Source: Squalus acanthias (taxonomy: Eukaryota). From it: a DNA stretch of 64,000 bases. Below, piece by piece: positions 11,999 through 24,379 of the stretch. Where the stretch lies: assembly GCA_030390025.1 (NCBI GenBank), contig JASTWF010000033.1, positions 746,001 through 810,000 of the forward strand. Reading direction: 5' to 3'. Below the pieces are notes generated by a model. That model saw only the letters and a list, made by a program, of their open reading frames with translations, had not been told where the DNA came from and did not search any database. Position 1 is the first letter of the stretch. Every line of letters begins with the position of its first letter. The translations under genes and the position numbers were made by a program.

Positions 11999-13499
11999 GT
12001 AAGTAGCAGGGACACAGAATGCGTTTGGATTATTCAAACATCAAAGAACTGACAGGATATCAGATCTCAGAATCACAGAAGGTTACCGAAGAGAAACAGG
12101 CCAAATCGGAAAGAAATGGATAAAACTGAAATGTTGTGAATCTGAAACAATGATACCAGAGGGGTGAAAATACCCACCGGATCCGTCAGTATCTGTACAA
12201 AGGACAGGGGAACGGTTCCGGTCCAACTCTTGTGTGGACTGAAAACAAAGGGAACTGTTTTAGTGGGACTGGGAAAAGGAGAGATCAAAGGCAACAGACA
12301 GGAGTTAGAGGGAAGGTCATGAGTTGACTGACCGAAGAATTACTTAAAGGAAATTAAGGAACTGAGAGATGACAATATCATCTGCAGAGTGAATGAAAAG
12401 CATTTCAAGAACAGAATCAAAATGTATCAGACCCAAACAGGGAAACTAACTCAAAAAATGTGGGGATTGAAAACCCGACGCTGTGCAGGTTTTTCCTCCC
12501 CCTGCATCACCGGGGGTCAATTCAAATTTTGGCAGTGTCGCAATACGGGCGGTAGAACCCGGCGTGGAGCGTCACTCCCCTGGAGAGCACTTCAGGAAAT
12601 TAAAGCAAGCAGCCTGTAATGTTCTGTCTGTTCCCCTTAATGGCATAGAACTAAATGGAAATAATAATCGGGCAGGGTGTATAATGGACGGTCGACCTAC
12701 CAGCTGTCCAAGTTACAAATCTAGGCAACCGAATCGATTACTAACCTCATGCTCACTACCCATTACCGTTAATATCCCACCTAGTCTAATCGCAACCTCC
12801 TGCTCACTACCCATTACCGTTGATATCTCACTTAGTCTAATCCCAATCTTCTGTTCACTCCCCATACTCTATCTTTCCTTTAATCCACGTAGCAATAGAA
12901 TTATCTATTATTAAAAATTGTCAACTTACTTCCACAATAGTTTGTGTGATTTAATTATGCTTTCGAACAACCTTGTGCACAAATAAATTTATCCAACTTC
13001 ACACCGAATGCTTCAAATTAGTATACACATTTGCACTCTGGCCAATCAGTGAAAACTGTTAGTACCTATTTATTCGATCATAACTCTTCAGAGTCTAAAG
13101 ACTTTCAGCAACTCCTCACTTAATTTGTTCACTTCTAGTGGAATGAGACCAACGTTCTCAAATCGTACTCTCTAACAGTAACTCCACATCCCTGGTAACA
13201 TCCTCGTGATTGTGCACGGCTGTTTTTCCAATACTTTTCCAACTTCCACTAATGGAGTTTCTAAAACAGCACACCATAGAGTTAAATGTTTTGCCTGTGT
13301 GCTGTTGGTGTGGACCGTCACTCCCGAGGGGGACCTCGGGAAATTGAACTGATTCAATCTGTTGTTTCCTGTCCGCTAACTATAACGGATGATTTTCTAC
13401 TCCATTTTGGTTTTGAGTGTGACTGGGGGATGACATGTTCAAAGATGCATATTTGTATATTGCTCTTTCATTGTTTAGAATTCTTTTTAATTGATCTTG

Positions 13500-14190
13500 C
13501 CGTTTATTTAGTTTGAATTTTTCTCCAGTTAAACTTCTGAAGCATTGTATTCCGCCCCCACCACAAACATCGTCTCGCCACTTAATTTCATCTCCCTCCC
13601 CGGCCACTCTCTGAGGCTGAACCTGACAGTTCTCAAACTCGCCGTCATATTTGTTCTCGAACTGAGCATCCGACTCCATAGCCTCTCCAAAACAAATACA
13701 GCAGACTTCCATCTCCATAATATTTCCGCCTCCACTCCTATCTCAGCCCATCTGCTGCTGAAAACCTCATCCATGCCTTTGTCGCCTTTAGACTCGATTA
13801 TTCCAATGCTCTCCTTGGCCGGCGTTCCTTCCTCCACCCTCCTTAAACTTCAGCTATCCAAAACTCTGCTGCCTGTACCCTGTCCCGCCCTGGGCACACT
13901 CAGCTATCGCTCGTGTGCTCGCTCACCTATTTTGGCTACTGCTCCTCTAATGCGTCCATTTTAAAACTCTCATCCTCCTGTTCAAATCCCCTCATGGCTT
14001 CACACTTCCCTTCAGCAGTCCCGCAACTCTCGAATTTCCTCTACCTCTAACTCTGGCCTCTTGTGCACCCCTCGCCCCCACGTCACCACCGGCCATCACC
14101 AGTGTTGGCCGAGCATTCAGTTGCATTCGGCCCACAATCTGAAAATCACCCCTTAAACCCCTCCGCCTTCTCACTTTCATCTCCTCCTGA
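13500..14190 (+). mobile_element. L2 LINE 3' fragment, degenerate
   Basis: Homologous by eye to the L2 copy at 24380-25808 (ccactctctgaggctgaacc; ctgctgctgaaaacctcatccatgcc). Confidence 0.7.
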
Positions 14191-14214
14191 AAACTTAGGA
14201 GTTTCATCTAAAAG

Positions 14215-14525
14215 AAAGAAAGCGCATTTCAAGACCACCGGACGGCCCAAAGTGCTTTACAGCAAATTAAGTACTTTTGAATTGTAGTCACTTGTAATGG
14301 AGGAAACGCGGCAGGCAATTTACACAGCAAGGTCCCAGAAACAGTAATGTGATAGTGACCAGATAATCTGTTTTAGTGATGTAGATTGAAGGGTAAATAT
14401 TGGCCAGGACGCCTGAGATGACTACCCTGCTCTTCTTCGAAATAGTGCCATGGGATCTTCTACGTCCACCTAAAAAAGCAGACGGAGACTCGGTTAATTG
14501 TCTCATCTGAAAGGCGTTTAGCTTC
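14215..14525 (-). mobile_element. DeuSINE (SacSINE1/AmnSINE1-like) core
   Basis: Minus strand reads tttcagatgagac..aaccgag..aagatcccatggcactatttcgaagaagagcaggg..gtcctggccaatattta, matching my recollection of the Deu domain. Confidence 0.65.
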
Positions 14526-14756
14526 AACTCAACCAATTAATATCTCATCCTTCGTGTGGTAGCTTCATCACATTTATTTCCATTTAATGCCTGAATATTC
14601 AGTCCGTATTCAGAATGGATCATTTCCCGGCCCTGTGACTGCTTACTGTGCTCAAAATAATAGAGAGATCCCATCACTGAGCAGATCCTTTCCATCTCAT
14701 TCTCAGTGTTTATCTTTCACTCCGCTCTTCAATATATACATAATTATTCTTCACAG

Positions 14757-14928
14757 AAAGTCACTGAACTCGCGGACAAGGGAAACCGGGCGGACAGTTC
14801 AAAACTTCTCCTAACTCTGGTGATGGAGAAAGGCTCTCGGGCCCGAAGGGTGATGTGGGAATCCTTTGTGAAAATGCGCCATGGGGTACCAAAGTTGGAC
14901 AAAATTCTGAAAGAAATGCAGGAAATTG
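14757..14928 (+). CDS. NLR exon 3, second half of CARD-like domain
   Basis: ttcttcacag acceptor (phase 0) and G|GTACGG donor. KVTELADKGNRADSSKLLLTLVMEKGSRARRVMWESFVKM resembles the CARD helix 4-6 pattern (LL..V..KG..A). Confidence 0.85.
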
Positions 14929-15031
14929 GTACGGTAAAATCACACTGAATTCAATTGCAGATTCAAACACTGCAGATTTTATTATAATGTTACACAGGTT
15001 TGATTTCATAAAATATAATTGATTTAAACAG

Positions 15032-15097
15032 GTACTGATCCGGTTGATTACATGGGCATCGCACGAAGTTTATCAGAAGTTCCCAGTCACCTGAAAG
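15032..15097 (+). CDS. NLR exon 4, linker (GTDPVDYMGIARSLSEVPSHLK)
   Basis: aaacag acceptor and AAAG|GTAAGT donor; 66 nt, phase 1-1. Confidence 0.8.
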
Positions 15098-15356
15098 GTA
15101 AGTGATGACATGGAGATTTCAAACCGTTTATATCACACCTGAGAATCAGAATGTTTGACTGTAGCCGTTTGTTTAGTATTGTTAGAATCTGGGAATCAGA
15201 AGTTCAAACAGCATGGAACATTACTTGAATTTGTCAATCTTAAAAACCTCTGCGAAAATTGCAGTTGCTATTCGTGCAGATTTCTGAATTTTTTGTAAAT
15301 TTATATATTTATATTACCCCAGTAATCAAGGTGCAGATCGCTATCAATTGTAAACG

Positions 15357-15650
15357 CCATACACACCTGGCAGGATTCCGAAATACTGAAAACCTATACA
15401 CACCTGGCAGGATCCTGATACACTGTGAAACCACAAAGTGACACCCCTTGCACACCTGGCGGTATCCTGATACACTAAACCCCCATACACAACTGGCAGG
15501 ATCCTGATACACTGTAAAACACCATACACACCTCGCAGGATCATGATACACGGTGAATCCCCATACACACCTGGCAGGATCCTGATAAACTGTGAAACAC
15601 CATACACACCGGGCAGGATACTGATACACGGTGAATCCCCATACACATCT
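15357..15650. repeat. 39-bp minisatellite, left part
   Basis: Unit ~ccatacacacctggcaggatcctgatacactgtgaaaca; 'cat' anchors at 15484, 15523, 15562, 15601, 15640. Confidence 0.9.
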
Positions 15651-15651
15651 G

Positions 15652-18460
15652 GAATCATAGAATCATAGAAAGGTACAGCACGGAAGGGAGCCATTTCCGC
15701 CCATCGTGTCCACGCCGGCCAATAAAGATATATCCAGCCTAATCGCACTTCCCAGATCTTGGTCCATAGCCCTGCACGTTAGAGCAGCCCAAGTGCACAT
15801 CCAAGTACTTTTTAAATGTGGTTATGTTCCTGCCTCTACCACCCTTTTAGGCAATGAGTTCCAGACCCCCACAACACTCTGGGTGAAGAAATTTCCCCTC
15901 AAATCCCCTCTAAACCTTCCACCAATTAGTTTAAATCTGTGCCCCTTGTTTTTTGACCCCTCTGCTAAGGGAAATAGGTCCTTCCTATCCACTTTATCTA
16001 TGCCCGTCATAATATTATACACCTCAATAAGGTCTCCCCTCAGCCTCCTCTGTTCCAAGGAAAACAGATCTAGCCTATCCAGTCTTTCCTCATAGTAAAG
16101 ATTCTCTACTCCCGGCAACATCCTTGTAAATCTCCTCTGTGCCCTCTCTAATGCAATCACACCATTACTGTAATGTGGTGACCAGAACTGCACGCAGTGC
16201 TCTAGCTAAGGCCTAAATAGTGTTTTATACATTTGAAGCATAACCCCCCTGCTCTTGTATTCTATGCAACGGATAATAAAAGCAAACATTCCGGATGCCT
16301 TCTTAACCACCATATCTACCTGGCCTGCTACCTTCAGGGATCTCTGCACATGCACTTAAAGGTCCCTTTGTTTCTCTACACTAATCAGTGTCCTACAATT
16401 TAATGTGTATTCCCTTCCCTTGTTAGCCCTCCCCAAATGCATTACATCACACTTCTACGGATTGAATTCCATTTGCCACTGTTCTGCCCATCTGACCAAT
16501 TTATTGATATCTTCCTGCAGTCTACAGCTTCCTTCTTCAGTATCAACCACACAGCCGATTTTAGTATCTACTGCAAACTTCTTAATTATACCACCTATAT
16601 TCAAGTCTAGATCATTGATATATATCTCAAAAAGCAAGGGACCTATTACTGAGCCCTGCCGAACCCCATTTGAAACAGATTTCCAGACACAAATACACCC
16701 ATCAACCATTACCCTCTGCTTCCTGCCTCCGAGACAGTTTTGAATCCAACTTGACACTTTGCCCTGGATCCCATGGGCTTTTAACTTCGTGACCAGTCTG
16801 CCATGAGGAACCTTATCAAAAGCCTTGCTAAAGTCCATATACACTACATCAAATGCACTGCCCTCATCTACTCTCCTTGTTACCTCCTCAAAAAATTAAA
16901 TCAAGTTTGTCAGACACGACCTTCCCTTAACAAATCCGTGCTGACTATCCTTGATTAATCCATGTCTTTCTAAATGAAGATTTATCCTGTCCTTCAGAAC
17001 TCTTTCCAATAATTTTCCCACGACTGAGGTTAGGCTGACTGGCCTGTAATTACTCGGTCTATAATTTTCCCCCTTTTTAAACAAGTGTACCACATTAGCA
17101 GTCCTGCAGTCCACCGGCACCACACCTGAAGCCAGAGAGGATTGACAAATGATGGTCAGGGCCTCTGCTATTTCCTCTTTTGCTTCGCTTAACAGCGTGG
17201 GATACATTTCATCCGGGCCTGGGGATTCATCCACTTTTAAAGCTGCTAAACCCGTTAATACTTCCTCTCTCACTATGTTTATTTAATCTAATATTTCACA
17301 CTCCTCCCACCTGATAGCAATGTCTGCTTCGCCCCTCTCCTTTGTGAGAACAGAGGCAAAGTATTCATTAAGAACCCTACCGACGCCTCCCGCCTCCACA
17401 CACAGATTACCCTCATTATCTCTAATAGGCCCTACCCTTTCTTTAGTTATCCTCTTACTCTTAATATATTCATAAAACAACTTTGGGTTTCCTTGATTTT
17501 ACTTGACAAGAATTTGTCATGCTCTCTCTTTGGTTTCCTAATATCCTTTATAATTGTACCCCTGCACTTTCTGTACACTTCTAAAGATTCTGGAGTATTT
17601 AGCCCTCGGTATCTGTCATACGCCTCCCTTGTTTTCCTTTATCCTACCCTGTATGTCTCTAGACATCCAGGGGGCTCTAGATTTGTTAGTCCCACCTTTT
17701 TTCTTTAATGGCACATATTTGGTCTGAACCCTTCGGATCTCCTGCTTGAATGCTTCCCACTGCTCTGACACTGATTTACCTTCAAGTAGCTGTTTCCAGT
17801 CCACTATGGCTAAATCCTCTCTGAGCTCAGCAAAATTTGCTTTTCCCCAATTTAGATTTTTTGTTCCTGGTCTATCCTTGTCCGTTTACATAACTACATT
17901 AAATCTAACAGAATTATGGTCACTATCACCAAAATGCTCCCCAACTGATATGCCTTCTACCTGCCCAGCATCATTCCTTCAAACTAAGTCCAGAACCGCC
18001 CCTTCCCTTTTTGGGCTTGCTACATACTCGCTAAAACATGTTCTCCTGGATGCATTTTAGGAATTCCGCATCCTCTATACCCTTCACACTAATTTTACCC
18101 CAATTAATATTGGGGTAGTTGAAATCCTCTACTATTACTGTCCTATAGTTTATGCACTTCTTAGAAATGTGTCTAAATATTTGTTCTTCTATCTCCCTCT
18201 CACTTTTTGGGGGTCTGTAGTACACTCCCAGCAGTGTGATCGCCCCTTTTTTGTTTTTCAATTCGACCCATATGGCCTCGTTTGATAATCCCTCCAACAT
18301 ATCATCCCTCCTCACAGCTGTAATAGTTTCTTTAATCAATACCGCGAACCCCCCTCCCTTTTTACCTTCCTCTCTATCTCATCTGAAAATCCTGTAACCA
18401 GGAATGTTGAGCTGCCAGAACTGCCCCTGTTTCAGCCACGTCTCTGTAATAGCTATCTTA
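15652..18460 (-). mobile_element. 5'-truncated CR1 LINE (EN-RT) inserted in the minisatellite
   Basis: (gaatcata)n tail; DFSKAFDKVPH, YRPVSLTSVVGK and AITETWLK motifs. Confidence 0.93.
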
Positions 18461-18477
18461 TCAAGATGGCGGGATTT

Positions 18478-18610
18478 TGGTACAGTGTGAAACCCCATAC
18501 ACACCTGACAGGATCCTGCAAACGGTGAATCCCCATACACAGCTGGTAGGATCCCGATAAACTTTGAAACACCATACACATCTGGCAGGATCCTGATACG
18601 CTGTGAAACA
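18478..18610. repeat. 39-bp minisatellite, right part
   Basis: About 3 more copies of the same ccatacac..ggcaggatcctga unit. Confidence 0.85.
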
Positions 18611-19659
18611 AAGGAGCTTAAGCCGGTTGCGGAAGATACTGTGCTCCTGGACTTCTATTGCAGCAGAAACTGTTGAAAAAATGGTTGAGAAATGGGAAAA
18701 AATTACGTTTTATCATTGTACACCACACAACAAATATGGTGTTCAAACCGATATCAAAATATGTATAGATGTTCGCACAATGAAACATTAATCCGATTAG
18801 GAACATAAGGTAAAGGCACTGTTTTGGGAGATTAGAAATTGATTGGACCGATTCCCAGTGGCAGTGAGACAGTGAGCTAGGCATAGAGACCCTTGCTGTA
18901 CTGAAAGAAGCGTCCTTTGATTCAGGAGGATTTTGATTCATAATTTATTGATTATCACAAACACATTTCAATATCAAAACTTCATTGTAGGAATCTCGTA
19001 TCCAAATGAAACTATGGCGTGTAATCATTGTAACAGATGAAATAAACTCTCATTCTTTTCTTCCCTAAAATTATAATGAGTGAACTGTGCGGTAGTTTTA
19101 TTTCTGATTCTAATCGGTTACATGATGAGACTGTTATATGAAGAAAATAATGTGAGTGTAAAATCAGTGAAAAAATATTCGCATTATCTGAAACACAACG
19201 GGAGGATGTTCAGGGGAACAAAAGACCACTTTGGTCTAAACAAATCTGTCCCTGTTAGAGATGAACCCACCTGCCCCTCCTCTCATTGTATCCACAGAAA
19301 AACAACCAATTGTCTCTTGTCCGCACTTACACTGCCCCTTAGTGATCTTCCCTGGTAACTTGTCTCCCGCTCTATTACCCTTTGGAGAAAACTATTACCC
19401 TGATTTCCCTTCTTACTCCTGACTTCCTAATGTCAGTTTTCTTTGTTAATTAATTGTGCTCATTGTGAGTTACTTTACTGCAATAATTTTGTGAATTCTG
19501 ATAGAAAATCGGATCAATATTTCAATATCTGGTTTCTTCTTCCAAACGAAGCACATCCAAAGCACGCACCCTTTCCTATGCTTTAATTCCTGATGCACAT
19601 GATCATCTTATTCCTCTCTGTGTCTTCACCATTGCAATAGCATTCTTCCTGTGCTTAGA

Positions 19660-20200
19660 AGTGCAGATAATACCTAGCAAGGACCTGAAACACTATCGGT
19701 GGAAGTTCTGTCCACAGTCTGTCCCATTCTCAGTGCCCACACGACCCCAGATAACCTGCCCAAGGTCTGACACACTAACGGTGGAACTTCTCTCCTTTCA
19801 CAGTCTGTCCCTCTTCCAGTGCCCACACTACCCCAGATAACCTGCCCAAGGTCTGACACAATAACGGTGGAACTTCTGTGCATTCACAGCCTGTCCCTCT
19901 CCCAGTGCCCACACTACCCCAGATAACCTGCCCAGGACCTGAAACACTAACGGTGGAACTTCTTTCCTTTCACGGTCTGTCCCTCTTCCAGTGCCCACAC
20001 TACCCCAGATAACCTGCCCAAGGTCTGACACACTAACGGTGGAACTTCTGTACATTCACAATCTGTCCCTCTCCCAGTGCGCACACTACCACAGATAACC
20101 TGCCCAAGAACTGACTCACTAACTGTGGAACGTCTGTACATTCACAGTCTGTCCCTTCCCCATCTTACACACTACCAAGGCCTGATAAAGTAACAGTGGG
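19660..20200. repeat. 86-bp minisatellite (~6 copies)
   Basis: actaccccagataacc anchors at 19827, 19913, 19999 and 20085 (86-nt period). Confidence 0.9.
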
Positions 20201-20620
20201 TCTTCTGCACGTTGTTCCAATCCCGATTTCCACTGCAGCAGAAGGGAAGCACCACTGATGGCTTCAGAGATTGATCAACGAGAAACTTTACTGTCGCTAA
20301 ATCACGATCAGGTGTGCATTTGTAATGAGATGTCTATAGCACAGGGCAGGCTGGATAGTATTAAACAAGAGAGGGAAAATATCACCTTCATAGAAATCTC
20401 CATCTTCAGTAAATATTAGAATCAAGTGAGGATTTGAAACTTTTCTCGGCCATTGTTCACTTTCAAGCGAGGTTTCTGTTAACTGTGTTTTAGTTTCTAC
20501 ACGAACCTCTATTGAAGCTGTGAATTAAATCTTGCAATATTTTACTGAATATTGTTGAGAAGTTATTTTATGTCAATACAACTAACATTCGGAACCACTT
20601 TCTGTCTGTTCTAATTAAAG

Positions 20621-22359
20621 ATGTTCAACAGAAACACAAGGAAACTCTCCGGGGACAAACTGAAAGGCTGAGAGTGAACACTATCCTAATAAAGGAGAAG
20701 GTTAAGGTTTTCCAGCTGGTTGACCGATTCGCTGAGCTAACGGTCATTTCTAATGTTCGAGATCGGACACTTGTAGAACATGAACTGCTGGCAAGAGGGC
20801 GAGACCATGAAGAGTGGAGAGAGAAACATTTCCGAAGAGAACTGGAAAAAATCCGAACTGATCAATTGTTCCACAGCAGTTTTTCCCGGAGAAAATCCAA
20901 ATTTGGGAGTTCAGCAGCTGTGAGCGGAGTCGCGGGGATTGGGAAAAACCACAATGGTACAAAAGATTGTTCATGACTGGGCCACTGGGATAATATACCC
21001 ACACTTTCAATTAGTTTTCAGTTTTAAATTCCGGGATTTGAACGCTATTAACTGTAGAATAAATCTGAGGAATCTGATAATGTATTTCTATCCTTACTTT
21101 GGGAAAATTCTGGGAGAGCTCTGGAAGATCCCAGAGGGATTGCTGTTTATATTCGATGGTTTGGATGAATTCAAGGACGAGATCGATTTTGCTGACAATC
21201 GGAGAAATACAGAACCTCAGTACATGTGCACACATCCTGAATGCTGGTGTGAAGTGTCTGACATTGTGTACAGTTTAATACAGCACAAACTGCTCCCAGG
21301 ATGTTCAGTGCTTTTGACTAGCCGCCCCACTGCATTGAATTTATTGGAAAAGGCTCAGATCAGTGTCTGGGCTGAAATCCTGGGATTTGTTGGAGAAGAG
21401 CGGAAGGAATATTTCAACAAGTTTTTTGAAGATCAGGCGGTGGCAGCAGCTGTTTTCAAACACGTGGAGGAGAACGAGATCCTGTACACCATGTTCTACA
21501 ACCCTTCCTACTGCTTGATCCTCGGTCTGTCACTGGGTCCCTTCTTTACACAAAGAGACAGGGAACAGCAGCGAGTTCCCAAGACCATCACCCAACTATA
21601 TTCCTACTATATTTACAACATTTTGAAAAACCATGGCCGAGAAATTGCAAGCCCCCGTGATGTGTTACTGAAGCTTGGTGAGATGGCCTTCACAGGAGTC
21701 TCCGAGAAGAAGATTGTGTTTAGAAATGGAGATTTCATCAAGTACAATCTGCAACCTTCCCAATTCCTGTCTGGGTTCATGATGGAACTTTTGGAGAGAG
21801 ATGATTCTGCCCAGAACGTGGTGTACACATTCCCGCACCTCACCATCCAAGAGTTTGTAGCCGCACTCGCACAATTCCTGACTCCAGATCCCGGGGACAT
21901 CCTGAAACTCCTCAGAGAAGCCCACAGCAAGCATGATGGGCGATTTGAGATATTTCTCCGTTTTGTTGCTGGTCTCTCCTCCCCACAGTCAGCTCGGCCC
22001 CTGAATGAATTACTGGGTCCATTTCTTCATCAAACCACCTGCCGAGTGATTGATTGGGTGAAGGAGAATATTGAACACCAGATTGAAAACACAGAGAGTG
22101 AAACTGGTAAAAGGAACCTCCTGAACACATTCCACTACCTGTTTGAATCTCAGAGTAAAACACTGGCTTGGAAAACAGTGAGATCTCTGGAAAGACTTAC
22201 ATTTAGTAAATGTACATTGAGCCCGATTGACTGTGCGATCCTGTCTTATGTCATTGGATTCTGTGATATAATAACACACCTTGATCTATGGAACAGCACC
22301 ATTCAGTATGAAGGACTCCAGCGGCTGGAACCCGTACTGCACAAATGCCAGGAGTTGCG
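20621..22359 (+). CDS. NLR exon 5, FISNA-like + NACHT (NBD, HD1, WHD, HD2); frameshifted at 20944-20948
   Basis: Walker A GVAGIGK/TT is split across ORFs 20674-20976 and 20939-22363. Walker B LLFIFDGLDE, sensor-1 LLTSRP and WHD YTFPHLTIQEFVAA are present. ttaaag acceptor, CG|GTAACT donor. Confidence 0.95.
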
Positions 22360-23786
22360 GTAACTGTTCATATGTCTCTAAATGTTGGACTATTTGTAGA
22401 ACAGTCACGGATTGTGTCGTTGCTAAGTAATGAAGGGGAAAAACTTGTTCAGTTAAACCAGAGAGAAGCGGATTTAACGCAAATATGACCAATAATAAGA
22501 GGATCGGTTAGTAATTCCCTAAGGACTGTAGCATCCAAAATTGATCCTTCTCAAAAAGTAGGGATTTTACAGTATTTATCGGATCAGCAAATACAGGTCA
22601 CTAAGAGTCTGATAATTTAATTGCAATTATTCAGATTAATTGCTATTTTATCACTGCCTAAGATACGTCCATTGAAAAGGCTCCTTCTCACTGTTACTCA
22701 CATAGGCAGACACTGGCTACAGCAGTCCATGGATCATCCCTCCATCTTCCCGAGGTGTAGGGGCAAGCGACATTCACCAGACTGTCAACGTGTGTAGGAG
22801 AGGGAAGCAGAAACACCAAACATTCAGTAACAAAGAGCAAAGCACAACCGTCGGGCAGTGAACCGCCAATGGCTTAGCTGAGCTTTCCGCGCAGGGCGTC
22901 GGTATGTTATCTTAACTCATCAATGACACAGCCCTTCAAACTTTCTAATGTATCCAACATATCTTCGTCCAGCTGGCAGCAATCGCGCCTTTGAGCAGAG
23001 GATAGTGTATCAGGACACACCACACGCTCATAATCCATGCCAAAACTTCAGTGACATTTGAGAGCTAAAATCTGCCGGTAAAAAGTTTCCAATCTAACGT
23101 GTTGTGGGGTATTAGCCCCGGATTATAGACACACACCGGCCAGCGGTGGGGCCTCACAAACAGCAAGCGGCTACTGCGTAAACCGGGGGCAGTGAACCCA
23201 GGATTTCCCCATAATCCGCCCCCTGTGTGTGAGGTCCCGCTCGGGGAAGAAACTTTCGAAAATTCCCCAAAAACTGTCGGGCCAGTTACATCTGAAATAA
23301 ACCTGGAGCCAGTTTCATGGGAATAAAGTGAAATACTCCCCTCCCTTATAAACTAGGAGCACAGGGACATTTAAAACTTGTAACAGGACAGAATAAACTC
23401 TTCTTGTTACATAAAATCCTGGAGGACGGATTTTACAGCAGCAGAAGGCGCCGTTTTACAATAATTTAAGGAGCAGCAGAAATTAGACAAGTTTCCCCAA
23501 ACATGACGGGGCCGGTCACTGAGCTCCAGGAGGATAATTCTGATCATTAGGGAATGAGACCGGACTAAGGGACATTTAAAGTCTTCACACAGACAGCACT
23601 TTATTCAATAAATACATTTAATGACAGTCCCTGAATACATGGGGAGTTGGATAGAGTGAGATACATTGACAATGACAGGAACATCTGGTTATTTTCAGTG
23701 TTTGCTGCAAATTTCGAGAGAGAAAAATGTGTCTGATCCGGGGTTTGATTCAGTTTGTTTGTAAATCTCTGTCTGTTTGTGTTTAG

Positions 23787-23873
23787 ACTGGGGATCAATA
23801 AACTGGGAGATTCAGGAGTGAAACTACTGTCTGTGGCTCTGAGGAACCCAGACTGTAAAATACAGGAACTGTG
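23787..23873 (+). CDS. NLR LRR exon (87 nt)
   Basis: LGINKLGDSGVKLLSVALRNPDCKIQELW; tgtttag acceptor, GTAAGT donor; phase 2-2. Confidence 0.9.
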
Positions 23874-24095
23874 GTAAGTATCAGACTGTGTGAGATTGTG
23901 TTTATAATAACTGGATGTCTGACACTGTACATTATCATTAGTATCAGTATTAGTGTTATTAATAAACTCTGTGATTTATTATTAGTATCAGTAATAGTGT
24001 TAGTAATAAACACTTGGTGTTTGCACTGAATCCTATCTTTTATGGCCTTTCTCTCTGCCTCTGCCACCCTTTTTAACTCTGTTGCTGATTGCCAG

Positions 24096-24266
24096 GCTGG
24101 AGGAAAATTATCTCACAGATTCTTGTGCCGTGGATCTCGCTGCCGCTCTCAGTACAAACCGGTCACTGACGGTTCTGAACCTGGATAATAATAAACTGGG
24201 AGATTCAGGAGTGAAACTACTGTCTACGGCTCTGAAGAACCCGGACTGTAAAATACAGAAACTGGA
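24096..24266 (+). CDS. NLR LRR exon (171 nt, RI-type LRR pair)
   Basis: LEENYLTDSCAVDLAAALSTNRSLTVLNLDNNKLGDSGVKLLSTALKNPDCKIQKL; gccag acceptor, GTGAGT donor. Confidence 0.92.
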
Positions 24267-24379
24267 GTGAGTCCCAGACTGTGTGAGATTGTGTTTATAA
24301 TAACTGGATGTCTGACACTGTACATTATTATAGTATCAGTAATAGTGTTGTTAATAAACACTGTACATTATTATCTCCT

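Noticed and set aside
15309..15748. Repetitive Cys/Trp-rich ORFs on the minus strand (PARCVWCFTVYQD)n
   Set aside because: By-product of a 39-bp (3n) minisatellite; no supporting gene structure.
19660..20200. CRISPR-like array
   Set aside because: Whole 86-bp units repeat with no unique spacers, there are no cas genes, and the context is a eukaryotic intron.
20941..20949. Programmed -1 ribosomal frameshift at GGGAAAAAC rescuing the NLR
   Set aside because: The NACHT continues in the +1 frame, so a -1 slip would not restore it. The in-frame heptamer G_AAA_AAC is also not a canonical X_XXY_YYZ site.
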